The translations under genes were made by a program, and so were the position numbers. Below, piece after piece: positions 51,055 through 60,354 of a stretch of 64,000 nt of DNA (the first letter of the stretch is position 1; every line of letters starts with the position of its first letter). Below the pieces are notes generated by a model that worked only from the letters and a program-made list of their open reading frames with translations, was not told the origin of the DNA and searched no databases. This DNA is from Microcoleus sp. (GTDB lineage: Bacteria; Cyanobacteriota; Cyanobacteriia; Cyanobacteriales; Microcoleaceae). The stretch covers positions 5,760,001 through 5,824,000 of the forward strand of contig CP181291.1 of NCBI GenBank assembly GCA_052279835.1. Direction: 5' to 3'.

Positions 51055-51741
51055 ATGACTCGGATAATTTGTCTCGCTAATTCCTGGAAACGGGGCGAAA
51101 GGTGCATCGCCGGAATTAATGAACTTCAAGGTAAGTGGGTGCGCCCAATTTCCGACTTACCAGATGGTCAGATTCCTAAAGAAATCCGGCAGATAAATAG
51201 ACTTGAACCGGCATTATTGGATGTTCTAGACATTCCTCTGGCGAAGACGGGGCCGGACTTTGGTTTTGAATCGGAAAATCTGTCTATTTTACCGGGAAAA
51301 TGGCGACAAGTAGGGAAAGTTCCGCCAGCATATTTGTTGAAATATTGCAACAATCACGAATATATTTTGCACAACGATCTGCGATATGTTACAGTGGAGT
51401 ATATGCAGTCTTTGCCAAAAGGCGATCGCCTGACTTTGCAATTAGTCAAAGTAGTAAAATTTACCGTAAAAAAGCTAATTCAAAGATTTGAAGGTGGTAA
51501 TAAATGGGAAGGATGTATTGTCACCAAATACAACCAAAAATTGACTGCTACAATTACCGATCCGGTCTTTATTAGAAAGTTAGAATTGGGATATCGACCG
51601 CAAAAAGCTTGTTTGGTTACGGTGAGTTTGAGTATGCCTTGGCGGCCAGATGATTGGGAGGGAGATGACCCTTGTTGGAAGTTGATTGCCGGTGTGATAG
51701 AGTTGCCGGAAGATATTGTTGATAATGAAGTTTTGTTTTGA
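51055..51741 (+). CDS. Dual-OB-like hypothetical protein
   Basis: IICLANSWK.G.RCIAG....WVRP, EN, ITDP, VSL..P, KLIAGV. Confidence 0.7.
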   Translation: MTRIICLANSWKRGERCIAGINELQGKWVRPISDLPDGQIPKEIRQINRLEPALLDVLDIPLAKTGPDFGFESENLSILPGKWRQVGKVPPAYLLKYCNNHEYILHNDLRYVTVEYMQSLPKGDRLTLQLVKVVKFTVKKLIQRFEGGNKWEGCIVTKYNQKLTATITDPVFIRKLELGYRPQKACLVTVSLSMPWRPDDWEGDDPCWKLIAGVIELPEDIVDNEVLF

Positions 51742-51835
51742 CCCAAATGGCACTTCCAGCTTAAATATTGTGAAATTTGCAGATTGTGTGCTATAGTTGT
51801 GCCGGACTTTACATATCAAAAAAGGGTGCTTTTTT

Positions 51836-52267
51836 ATGAAAGCAGAATTTTATTATGACCGTTATAGATATACTTGCAGTTTAGTTCAAATGAATTTTAC
51901 CCAAGAATTAAAAATTAAAAATCATCAAGGCTTTGTATTAGCAGTTAAGCAAGGGTCAAAAATGGGAATTTTGGGCAAAACTCGTGAAACTGCTAAAAAA
52001 GTTGATGTCAGTCAATCTCATTTTTATAATGTAATTAAAGCGGCCATGAATGCTCTAGAATTAGAAGCTAGAGATGAGTTAATTTTAGAAAAAAATCGGA
52101 CGCTTGCTGAAGCAGAGGCAAAGATTCAGGATCAAGACAGAGAAATTCGGGTACTGAATGAACAGCTAAGAATACTCCGAGAAGAACTCGAGCAGTTGTC
52201 AGCACAAAACCAGGAATTAGCGATGCAGATGATAGACGAGGAAATCCGAGAAAGTGAACTTAGTTAA
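51836..52267 (+). CDS. Hypothetical protein with C-terminal coiled coil
   Basis: ATG 51836; heptad E/Q/L-rich tail. Confidence 0.7.
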   Translation: MKAEFYYDRYRYTCSLVQMNFTQELKIKNHQGFVLAVKQGSKMGILGKTRETAKKVDVSQSHFYNVIKAAMNALELEARDELILEKNRTLAEAEAKIQDQDREIRVLNEQLRILREELEQLSAQNQELAMQMIDEEIRESELS

Positions 52268-52420
52268 GCAGAAGTCGATGATTTTTTTGGCTAGTAATAA
52301 TTTTAGTAATATCAAGACCGTTGGCATCTCATTCATTCTTCGATTTTCTAACTCTGGGAACTTTTGGCCCTATAAAGATTAAATAATTCCGATAAAGCCA
52401 GAATAGAGCTAATCCTATCA

Positions 52421-52960
52421 TCACAACAACTGAGGGCAATAATCACCTGGATTAGAAATTAAATTGTTTAAAATTCCTAATTGTTGCAACAATGGAGAAG
52501 ACAAGCTAACTGGTAAAGAAATCGGTCCGCACGAAGAACGATTGTCTTTGATATAGACAATTCCGAAATAAGATTGAACCCCTAATTGCTTAGACAAAGC
52601 TACTTGAACAGCCAGCGGATTGTTATTATAAGTGGCAACTTTTATCCCATATAAATAATTGTTTGTTTCTGCCACGGAAAAGCCAACAGATTTCAAAATA
52701 CTAGCCGCAGAACTAGGTGTTTGGGGCTGTGGAAATGAGAGCGCGCCGAAAGAGTATGTAAATTTAGATTCTTCTGAATATTCCGCAGTTTTGTGTTTAT
52801 TCAGATAGCTAATATATTGTGTAGCTTCACTTTCTTTAGCTTTGTTGATGAATCTGAGAAAAATAGGCAAAGCAATAGCCGATAATATCCCAATGATAAA
52901 TATCACAACTAATAATTCAATCAAAGTGAAGGCTTTATCACAAGAATTTAATTTTATCAT
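52421..52960 (-). CDS. Type IV pilin-like protein
   Basis: KA|FTLIELLVVIFIIGILSAIALP, KAKESEA; C-terminal Cys pair. Confidence 0.88.
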   Translation of the reverse strand: MIKLNSCDKAFTLIELLVVIFIIGILSAIALPIFLRFINKAKESEATQYISYLNKHKTAEYSEESKFTYSFGALSFPQPQTPSSAASILKSVGFSVAETNNYLYGIKVATYNNNPLAVQVALSKQLGVQSYFGIVYIKDNRSSCGPISLPVSLSSPLLQQLGILNNLISNPGDYCPQLL

Positions 52961-53051
52961 AGGGTGGGTGTCTTTCTCGCCATTAAAAGGTCGATGGACA
53001 ACAGACATAATTGACATCCTAAAGCAAAATCGAGAATTATTTAACTAACCA

Positions 53052-55973
53052 TCAACCATTTCCCTGCAATTTTTGCCAAGTCTTGGGAAACTCAGCTTTA
53101 TTTTGACATATAACCGGCAACCAGCTAACACCGGGAATTTGCCCGTCATAATTATCTTTCAGATGCTTTCGGGCTTCTCTCACGGAAACATAAAAAGAAT
53201 CGCCACCAGCAAAGGCTTGGAGAAAAGCTTTCAAAAACTTCTGGGCGATTAAATCAGGCACTGGTTCCCGCATCACTATAATTTGAGGGATATCTAAATC
53301 GGCTAATTGCTTCCCCAATCCTAAACCATCGCAAGAGTTAAAGATTGCTATTTCCAAACCCTTTTCAATAGCTATTTTCAAGGAGTATTTTAACTGTTCC
53401 ACGGTTAACTTATCTTTATTATTGATCCAAATTACCCCCGTACTCCCATCTACTTCGCTCTTGCTGTGACCCGAAAAACACAAGATATCCCAGCCTATTT
53501 TATCAGTGAGATGTTCCTCAAGTTCCCTGGGATTTGGTTTTTCCAAAAATATTGTTTCGGCTCCTTGCAAATTCTCCAAAATTTGCCTATCTTCATCGAG
53601 ATTAATTCCTGTACTGTCGCCCAAAACTGCCAATATTCTTACTTTTTTTCTAGAGCGTACTGATTTTTTAACTCTGTTAGATACTTTGCGACTTAAAGCT
53701 ACTTCTGCTTTACCGTAGCTCTCAAAAAATTCCCATTGATGCCAGGGGAGTTTTCGCAGTAAATTATCTTCTGTTTGGATGATTACCCGCACCTCATCAT
53801 TGTGGTTTAACTTGTCGCACAATTCTTGCTGGATAGGGTGAAATTCTTCTGATTTCAGCCAATTTTTTACATCCATTTCTACTTTTTCAGCTTGGTTTTT
53901 TAGCGTATCTATAGAAAAATTAGTGATTTGACCTTTGTTTACTTTTATGGCACGGTTGTTTAGATTGTCGTTGAGAAGTTCATAGGTTTTTTGCCACTTT
54001 TGATAATTTTCTGAAATTTCTGGTTTTGGTGGCAATTTGCCTTTTAATGTTATCTCTAAACGCTGGCGATCGCACAAAATACCAGCACTCACCTCAAACC
54101 CTTGTTTTAAGTCACCACCCTCCAATTTTAATAATACTACTTGCTCAGACAATGGTCTGACTATATCCTCTATTGCTGATAGCAAGTATTGGCGCTGTTC
54201 TGCTGAGTTTTCCAGGGCAGGTGCTTCTGTTCCTAACACTTGTATCGCTGCTTGATAGAAACTATTGAAATCATTGTTAATTTTTGCTTTATCGGTTTCA
54301 GGAGGTACGCCGATTTTAATGACTATTCCATTGCCTTTATTTTCAACACTTTGAATATTGAGTTTTATGCCAGGATTTTCTCGTTGCACCTGTTGGAAAG
54401 ATTCCATGAAAGCTTTCCAGTCAACACCGTACTTAAAAATCAAGTCAACTGTATTTACAACTTCTGCAAAAAAGGTAGTAAATTCTCCTGGTTGATATTC
54501 GCCAATGCTGGGACGGCGTTCGCGATCGTCCGTTCCCGGTTTCGGTTCTTCTAGTAAATAAACCCACCTACAATCAACCCATTCTAGTTTGGTAGTGCTG
54601 TCAATATTCCAAGTTCCTAAACCGCAAACAGCAGTCATTTGGGCACTACTAAAATCAGTACCGATCGCCTGAACTTGACTTAAAATTGCATATTCTAAAT
54701 TAGCTGCTTCTAAAGTGGCTTGACTGAGGTCTGCTGTTTGCAGTTTAGCATAACTGAGGTTTGCACCTATCAAGTTTGCTCCTCTCAAATCCATGCCTTG
54801 ATAGGATTTGTGATAACCGTTGCCGGTGACAAGCAACTCTCGCACTGCGGGATTGATTAATATTGTCTCATCGACTCTTGCCCAGTCGAGACAACGAGCC
54901 TGATGCCACATAGTTCGGTGGATATTTGCCAATCTAAAATCGGTGTTTTTGAGGGTGGCATAGCTGAAGTTAGTATGGGCTAATTTAGTATTACGAAAAC
55001 TTGTGCCACCTGTCGCACCAATGACGATGGCAAACTGGCGAATTACGGCATATTTATCATCTTCGGCTAAAACTCTCTTAGTAATGTAAGTTCCTAATAA
55101 GATTAAAGCTACAGCTAACATGACTGCTGTGGCGATCGCCGCAATAACTACAAACGGATCGGCAAAGTTTTTGACACAATTATTCAGGAAGTCATAGCAT
55201 TTATTGTTTGTGTTGTCAACTACTCCATTCTGGATTAATACAGATGCTTTTAAATATCTCAAGGAATTTCTGGCAATAATTCCGGTGGCGATCGCACTTA
55301 TAGCCACAGCTTCAAATAAAGCCAATGCTGCAATCGTCCTCCCCAGAACAATTTCAGCCAATGTTAGGGCTAAAGGAAGAGCGACAAGTGCGATCGTAGT
55401 TGCAACCACAGCCGCAGTTAAAGTCACAATTAAAAACGGAGTATCGTTAGCCTTCGTTTCGCCAGACAAGGCACTCATTAAGGCACCAGTTCTAAAAGAC
55501 CTTAACCACGAAAGTATGGGATGTTTATCATTGGAGAATGCAGAGAGAACACCAATTAGAGGTACAAAAATAGCAGCGGCAATACCTAAATAATCTAAAG
55601 CTTTTTGTATGCCTTGACGAATCATCGTAGTCAACAGAATAGCATTGACTAATAAGATGATTGCAGTTGGCAGAAAACCGATATTTTCCGTTGTTTTGGG
55701 GATGAGAGATTTGAAGGTACTATCAACAGCAATTACAGCAGCTATGCCTGATATTGCCGAGAGCAGTGCTACAATTAAAAAGATGTTGATTTGGGATTTT
55801 CTGGCTATTCCGCAGCGAGCGCAATGGAAATTAGCTCCATCGAGAGTTGCATTGGTAAAATCTGCACCTCGGATATCTGCATTGGAGAAATCTATATTAG
55901 CTAGATCGAGGCCTTTAAAAGAACGACCTTGAAGATTTTGATGGCGAAAGTTTTGAAAGGTTAATGATGACAT
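53052..55973 (-). CDS. Membrane protein with pentapeptide repeats and a C-terminal CHAT protease domain
   Basis: A(D/N)(L/F)xx repeats either side of a multi-TM block; LPW..W, FSGHS (His), IFNSCDGLG (Cys), MREPVPD, WLPVI. Confidence 0.88.
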   Translation of the reverse strand: MSSLTFQNFRHQNLQGRSFKGLDLANIDFSNADIRGADFTNATLDGANFHCARCGIARKSQINIFLIVALLSAISGIAAVIAVDSTFKSLIPKTTENIGFLPTAIILLVNAILLTTMIRQGIQKALDYLGIAAAIFVPLIGVLSAFSNDKHPILSWLRSFRTGALMSALSGETKANDTPFLIVTLTAAVVATTIALVALPLALTLAEIVLGRTIAALALFEAVAISAIATGIIARNSLRYLKASVLIQNGVVDNTNNKCYDFLNNCVKNFADPFVVIAAIATAVMLAVALILLGTYITKRVLAEDDKYAVIRQFAIVIGATGGTSFRNTKLAHTNFSYATLKNTDFRLANIHRTMWHQARCLDWARVDETILINPAVRELLVTGNGYHKSYQGMDLRGANLIGANLSYAKLQTADLSQATLEAANLEYAILSQVQAIGTDFSSAQMTAVCGLGTWNIDSTTKLEWVDCRWVYLLEEPKPGTDDRERRPSIGEYQPGEFTTFFAEVVNTVDLIFKYGVDWKAFMESFQQVQRENPGIKLNIQSVENKGNGIVIKIGVPPETDKAKINNDFNSFYQAAIQVLGTEAPALENSAEQRQYLLSAIEDIVRPLSEQVVLLKLEGGDLKQGFEVSAGILCDRQRLEITLKGKLPPKPEISENYQKWQKTYELLNDNLNNRAIKVNKGQITNFSIDTLKNQAEKVEMDVKNWLKSEEFHPIQQELCDKLNHNDEVRVIIQTEDNLLRKLPWHQWEFFESYGKAEVALSRKVSNRVKKSVRSRKKVRILAVLGDSTGINLDEDRQILENLQGAETIFLEKPNPRELEEHLTDKIGWDILCFSGHSKSEVDGSTGVIWINNKDKLTVEQLKYSLKIAIEKGLEIAIFNSCDGLGLGKQLADLDIPQIIVMREPVPDLIAQKFLKAFLQAFAGGDSFYVSVREARKHLKDNYDGQIPGVSWLPVICQNKAEFPKTWQKLQGNG

Positions 55974-56021
55974 ATATAAGAAGGAAGGAAGAAGGAAGAA
56001 GGAAGAAAAGCTGTTTTACTC

Positions 56022-56452
56022 CTCGTTTCCAGGCTCTGCCTGGAAATGCAGATCTAGAGGCTCTGCCTCATGGGATGGAAGAAGAGGCAGAGCCTCTGGA
56101 TCTGCGTTACTAGGCAGAGCCTAGTAACGAGGAAACGAGGAAAGCCTAGTCAATCTTATGTTTGTCTCGTTTGTCTCGTTTCCAGGCTCTGCCTGGAAAT
56201 GCAGATCTAGAGGCTCTGCCTCATGAGATGGAAGAAGAGGCAGAGCCTCTGGATCTCCGTTACTAGGCAGAGCCTAGTAACGAGGAAACGAGGAAAGCCT
56301 AGTCAATCTTATGTTTGTCTCGTTTCCAGGCTCTGCCTGGAAATGCAGATCTAGAGGCTCTGCCTCATGAGATGGAAGAAGAGGCAGAGCCTCTGGATCT
56401 CCGTTACTAGGCAGAGCCTAGTAACGAGGAAACGAGGAAAGCCTAGTAACGA
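56022..56452. repeat. Three tandem copies of MITE/REP family C
   Basis: CTCGTTTCCAGGCTCTGCCTGG...GGCAGAGCCTAGTAACGAG at ~56022, ~56176 and ~56319. Confidence 0.88.
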
Positions 56453-56531
56453 GGAATGTAATTTTATTCTCAGTCCTCTTAGGAGGACTTTAGCTTTGAG
56501 GCAGGGGTTAAAACCCCTGCCTGACTACAAA

Positions 56532-57445
56532 CTACAAACGGAAAGATTGCCTAACATTTGCATCTCCTAACACGATATTAATGCTGAACAATTCCCTTAA
56601 ATCTGGAGTAAATTCAAATTTAATAAAGTTGTCAGCTTTTCTCGATTCTACCTGATAAAGTAGTTCTTCTGACTCATTCATCAGCATCAACTTTAACCCT
56701 GGTGGCAAATAAGTTTGGTTTCCCATTGGATGCACTGCTATCTCAATCTTCACTTCTAGCTCTGGTTCTGGGGGGAGACTGACTATTAGTGCTACGGAGT
56801 TTTCTGCTAGTTGCATTCCTAGGTCAATTTTCTGACCGCGATCGATGGGTAATGCGTTGTTGCTTCTAAAAGAGCGAAATTGCATTTTTTTGGGGTTTAA
56901 TAGCTCGTCAACTACTTGCCATCCCGCATCAAAAACATCGTCAAACCAGTTCATTAAATTAATTGGTTTTAGTTGTTTGATTCGATTCATGTAGACGAGC
57001 AAATCTTCGAGGGAATTCAGTGAACTCAGAGGCACTTGTTTAGCTACTGTTCTGGTAAATCCTAACAGCGTTGCTTGTTTCAAAGATTGGTCTAACTGTA
57101 CGGCTACATAACCAATTCTGTCTCCCCAAGCATCGTAGGAAATCTGACAAGCGTCGGCATCTGGCAAGACGGGACAGCATTCTATTTTTCCTACTTGTTT
57201 AATGTGTAAATCTGCTACATCCATCAGTTTCAGCATTAACGGATTGCGGCTGTCGCTAGCGGGCCAATCTGTTTCAAATCCCATGCAGCGCAGGTAAGAA
57301 TCTACTGCATATACTGCGAGGGTATTAAGATAAACTTGTTTTAATTTTTCGGACTCGATTGTTGGCTGCACTGTTGGGCAATTTCGTGTGCTTCAAAGGA
57401 TAGTGGGACTGTGAAAGTTATTGGTTCAATCATTTTACTCATCAT
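56532..57445 (-). pseudogene. DUF1822-family protein with an apparent 1-bp frameshift near codon 33
   Basis: KQVYLNTLAV.AV..YL, L..PV, DRIGYVAV.L, A.LLGF. The N-terminus MMSKMIEPITFTVPLSFEAHEIAQQC is in another frame and stops at CCG AAA AAT TAA. Confidence 0.75.
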
Positions 57446-57470
57446 TAATTTCTCCGCTTCCGCTCAAGTC

Positions 57471-58130
57471 CTACTGTAATTTATTACGAATGTAATCTGA
57501 AAAATTCCGCAGATTTCGGTCAAAAAAACTTTGGAGTGTGGAAATGGTTTTGGTCGGGTGAAATCTTTGAGCTATGGTCTCCCATGTTTCATCATCTAAT
57601 CTAGCTAAAGTTATGATTTGCCAAGTGATATCGGGACGATTTCTGATGGTTGTATTTCGGAAAATACGATCGGGATCTTCTGCTATCAATTCACGCAGTC
57701 TTTGGGTATCTTCCATCATTTGCATCTGGGGATAGTTTTGTTGATAAATATCGGATTCTTCTTGTTCAAATTTTTCTAAGTCATCTATCGATAAACATTT
57801 AATTCTTGTTTCTCTTCTATATCGATTGCACACATCTCTAAATCTAAAGTTAAAGAAGTGATTCACCCAAGCCATGACTGGTTTTTGTGAATCATAGATG
57901 TCAATGTTTTGACAGATGTATTCAACTATTTTCAACCGAGCTTCGCTGTAAATGTCTTCGTAAAGATGAAGAATGCTGTCATCACCTATGTGGGGACGAG
58001 TAAGTCTGTTATGACGGTAAATTTGGTCGATTAGTTTGGTTAATGCTATCTGTCGCTCTTGGCTTCCGGCTGGGTGCTGTTGAGCTTCTAGGGCTAGCTG
58101 TCGAAGCTGCAAATCAATTTCGTCTTCCAT
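57471..58130 (-). CDS. Sigma-70/ECF-like factor of the cyanobacterial DUF1822-associated type
   Basis: L..LA.EAQ.HP..S.ERQ.AL..L, YE....EA...IC.NID.YD, WVN..F..RF.D (region 2-like), C-terminal HTH WE.IA...ISTL.SF..R. Confidence 0.75.
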   Translation of the reverse strand: MEDEIDLQLRQLALEAQQHPAGSQERQIALTKLIDQIYRHNRLTRPHIGDDSILHLYEDIYSEARLKIVEYICQNIDIYDSQKPVMAWVNHFFNFRFRDVCNRYRRETRIKCLSIDDLEKFEQEESDIYQQNYPQMQMMEDTQRLRELIAEDPDRIFRNTTIRNRPDITWQIITLARLDDETWETIAQRFHPTKTISTLQSFFDRNLRNFSDYIRNKLQ

Positions 58131-58280
58131 CTGGATCTCCTCACTCCTCTGGGCATTTTTATGCAGTTTGTTGGAACCTCTATTTATATTTCGGATTTTG
58201 CGGCTATTTTTTACGCATTGAGGGGGAAATTGTTACAAAAATTTATGTTTTAGGGGTTTTGGAAAAAAAGTTTTGAGGTT

Positions 58281-58312
58281 TGCGGAAAAAGTTTGGGTGG
58301 ATTTCGTAAGTA
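58281..58312 (+). promoter_or_regulatory. Putative ECF-type promoter GGAAA-n16-CGTAA
   Basis: TGCGGAAAAAGTTTGGGTGGATTTCGTAAGTA; same motif and spacing as at 60222-60253. Confidence 0.6.
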
Positions 58313-58450
58313 GGAATAGGGGGCGATTTCCTGGGGTATGGCTTTGCTGGCGCGGGCTTTTGGGGGAAAGGGCGATCGTCCTCCGCAACTGTTGTTTTGA
58401 TGCAAGGGCGATCGGGTTCTATGTATTTTATTCAAACTGAGGTAAAACTA

Positions 58451-59833
58451 ATGCCATCAATTTCAAATTTGTTTGTCCGAGGAAGTTTCTGGAGTCTAGT
58501 ATTGGGATTGAGTTGTGGAATTGCCGCACCGGGATTAGCTGCAAAAACTGTGACTATTTTGGATGGAACTAATCCAGTTGAAGTTGCTGACTTAGAAAAA
58601 TTGGCAAAGACAGGCAAGGTATCTCTTAGCTTACTGGATTGGACAGAGGTTTTATCAATACCTACTAGCCAAAATGACGAATCGATATCACTGATAGTGC
58701 AAAAACAACTAAACCAAACGATAAGTGTCGATTCAAATAATCCACAATCCGTGGCTAAGTTAGGAAACGAATTAAAAAAAAATTTGCAATTGTTGCAACC
58801 TGGTATCACAGATGCAGAAGTACAAGAAGCTGCGACATTGCTGGCTCAGAAGGCTAATAACCTGACTGTCATGGATTTGTTAACAAAATTGCCAGTAGAT
58901 AACTTGACAGCAGACAATTTTATTAATGCGCTCAAAAAAATGCCTTATCCTCCGAAGACACCATCGACAACAAACATTCTTTACCTGAATTCAACTCGTG
59001 GCCCTGGTACTGGAAATTTAGGAGCTTTTCGCGGGGCGATCGCTAATACCTTAGAAAATTATCAGGGCGGAACAGTATTCGATGTTGATTTCGTTCAGAC
59101 TCAGGTTCCTGGCAGCCTCGGATTATCGCTCAATGCTAAGCCTGTTGGGTTTTACAACCAAATTTGGTTCGACACGAGTATTTATCAAACATCGCTTTTG
59201 AACGCAGTAGATTTTGGCGCGATTAATGCTTGGGCGGCGAACAAGCAGCCAGAATTCATTCTAGACAGTTCCTTCGCTTTCCGCAACAAAGAAACTACGA
59301 CCCTCACTCCTTCAGCGACAGCAGCAACAATCAACCAAGCCTTAGCTCTTAAAAATGCAGGGGGCGGTATTCTAATTGGTACGGATCATAATGATTTTGC
59401 TTACACTGCCAACCAAATTTTGACTAACTTCGGTTTCGATGGTTTGTTTACTGGTGCTGAGAATATCAGCGCTAATGGTTATTTTGTTGGTAATTTACTG
59501 CTGAATCCTCAGCCTGTAGGATCTGACTTTTTTTTCAATAATTTGCAGGGACTTTCGACCACCAATGTTCCTATCGGGACTCATGTTCTCAATGCTAACG
59601 GTGGCGATCGAACTATCAAAATTATCGAGAACCTATTTTCCTATAGTCCTAATAAAGTTGTCCATGTCGGTGCTAGTTTCGATACGGGAAACAACACAAC
59701 TCCGATTGATAACCCGGAGTCAGTTCCCGAACCGACTACTGTGTTGGGTACTTTAGCTTTTGGTGCTGTTGTTTCCAGTTGGCGGATGAAGCGGAAGCAG
59801 CAACAGAAAGTTTTGAATTCAACGGTTGCTTAA
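58451..59833 (+). CDS. PEP-CTERM surface protein with a DUF1400-like N-terminal region
   Basis: GAGG + ATG 58451; signal peptide; V.DLEKLAKTG; C-terminal VPEPTT.LG.LA.G + KRK. Confidence 0.85.
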   Translation: MPSISNLFVRGSFWSLVLGLSCGIAAPGLAAKTVTILDGTNPVEVADLEKLAKTGKVSLSLLDWTEVLSIPTSQNDESISLIVQKQLNQTISVDSNNPQSVAKLGNELKKNLQLLQPGITDAEVQEAATLLAQKANNLTVMDLLTKLPVDNLTADNFINALKKMPYPPKTPSTTNILYLNSTRGPGTGNLGAFRGAIANTLENYQGGTVFDVDFVQTQVPGSLGLSLNAKPVGFYNQIWFDTSIYQTSLLNAVDFGAINAWAANKQPEFILDSSFAFRNKETTTLTPSATAATINQALALKNAGGGILIGTDHNDFAYTANQILTNFGFDGLFTGAENISANGYFVGNLLLNPQPVGSDFFFNNLQGLSTTNVPIGTHVLNANGGDRTIKIIENLFSYSPNKVVHVGASFDTGNNTTPIDNPESVPEPTTVLGTLAFGAVVSSWRMKRKQQQKVLNSTVA

Positions 59834-59947
59834 TTTTGAGATATTTCACTTCGTTGTAGTCCGTCGGGGGTTTAAACCCCCGCCTCATAGCGAAAGTCCT
59901 CTGAAGAGGACTGAAGAGTTGATTACATATTTCCAATAAAAACATCA

Positions 59948-60049
59948 TATCAATTCCGTTAGCATCGGAATTATTAATCTCTCTCTTCTCTTCCTTTGCG
60001 TCCTTTGCGCCTTCGCGGTTAAATCATTCCGATGCAACCGGAAACGATA
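59948..60049. mobile_element. MITE family A (reverse orientation)
   Basis: TATCAATTCCG..CATCGGAATTATT...GGTTAAATCATTCCGATGCAACCGGAAACGATA; TCA/TCA flanks. Confidence 0.82.
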
Positions 60050-60221
60050 TCACATATTCTGGTCACGTTCAGGTGAAAACAGAAATTATACCGGTGTCTA
60101 TTAGTCCTCTTTAGAGGACTTTAGCTATGAGCCAGGGACTTGAGTCCCTGGCGGCCTTTCGGGTGAAGTCGAGACTAATAAACATCTTACGATCGCCGTT
60201 TCAAAAAAAAGTTCCAAGATT

Positions 60222-60253
60222 TGCGGAAAAAGTTGAGCCGGATTTCGTAAGTA
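60222..60253 (+). promoter_or_regulatory. Second copy of the putative ECF-type promoter
   Basis: TGCGGAAAAAGTTGAGCCGGATTTCGTAAGTA, ~100 bp before ATG 60355. Confidence 0.6.
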
Positions 60254-60354
60254 ATAACAAGAGGCCGATCGCATTTTTGGCAATATTGGCTTTGGCTGAA
60301 TTTGGTTTCATTATATCACTTTTAATTCAATCCCAGACTAGGAGTGCAATTTCA

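Noticed and set aside
56022..56452. Tandem ~143-154-bp units as a second CRISPR or an ncRNA
   Set aside because: Units and linkers are near-identical copies of a dispersed palindromic element also present at 25377.
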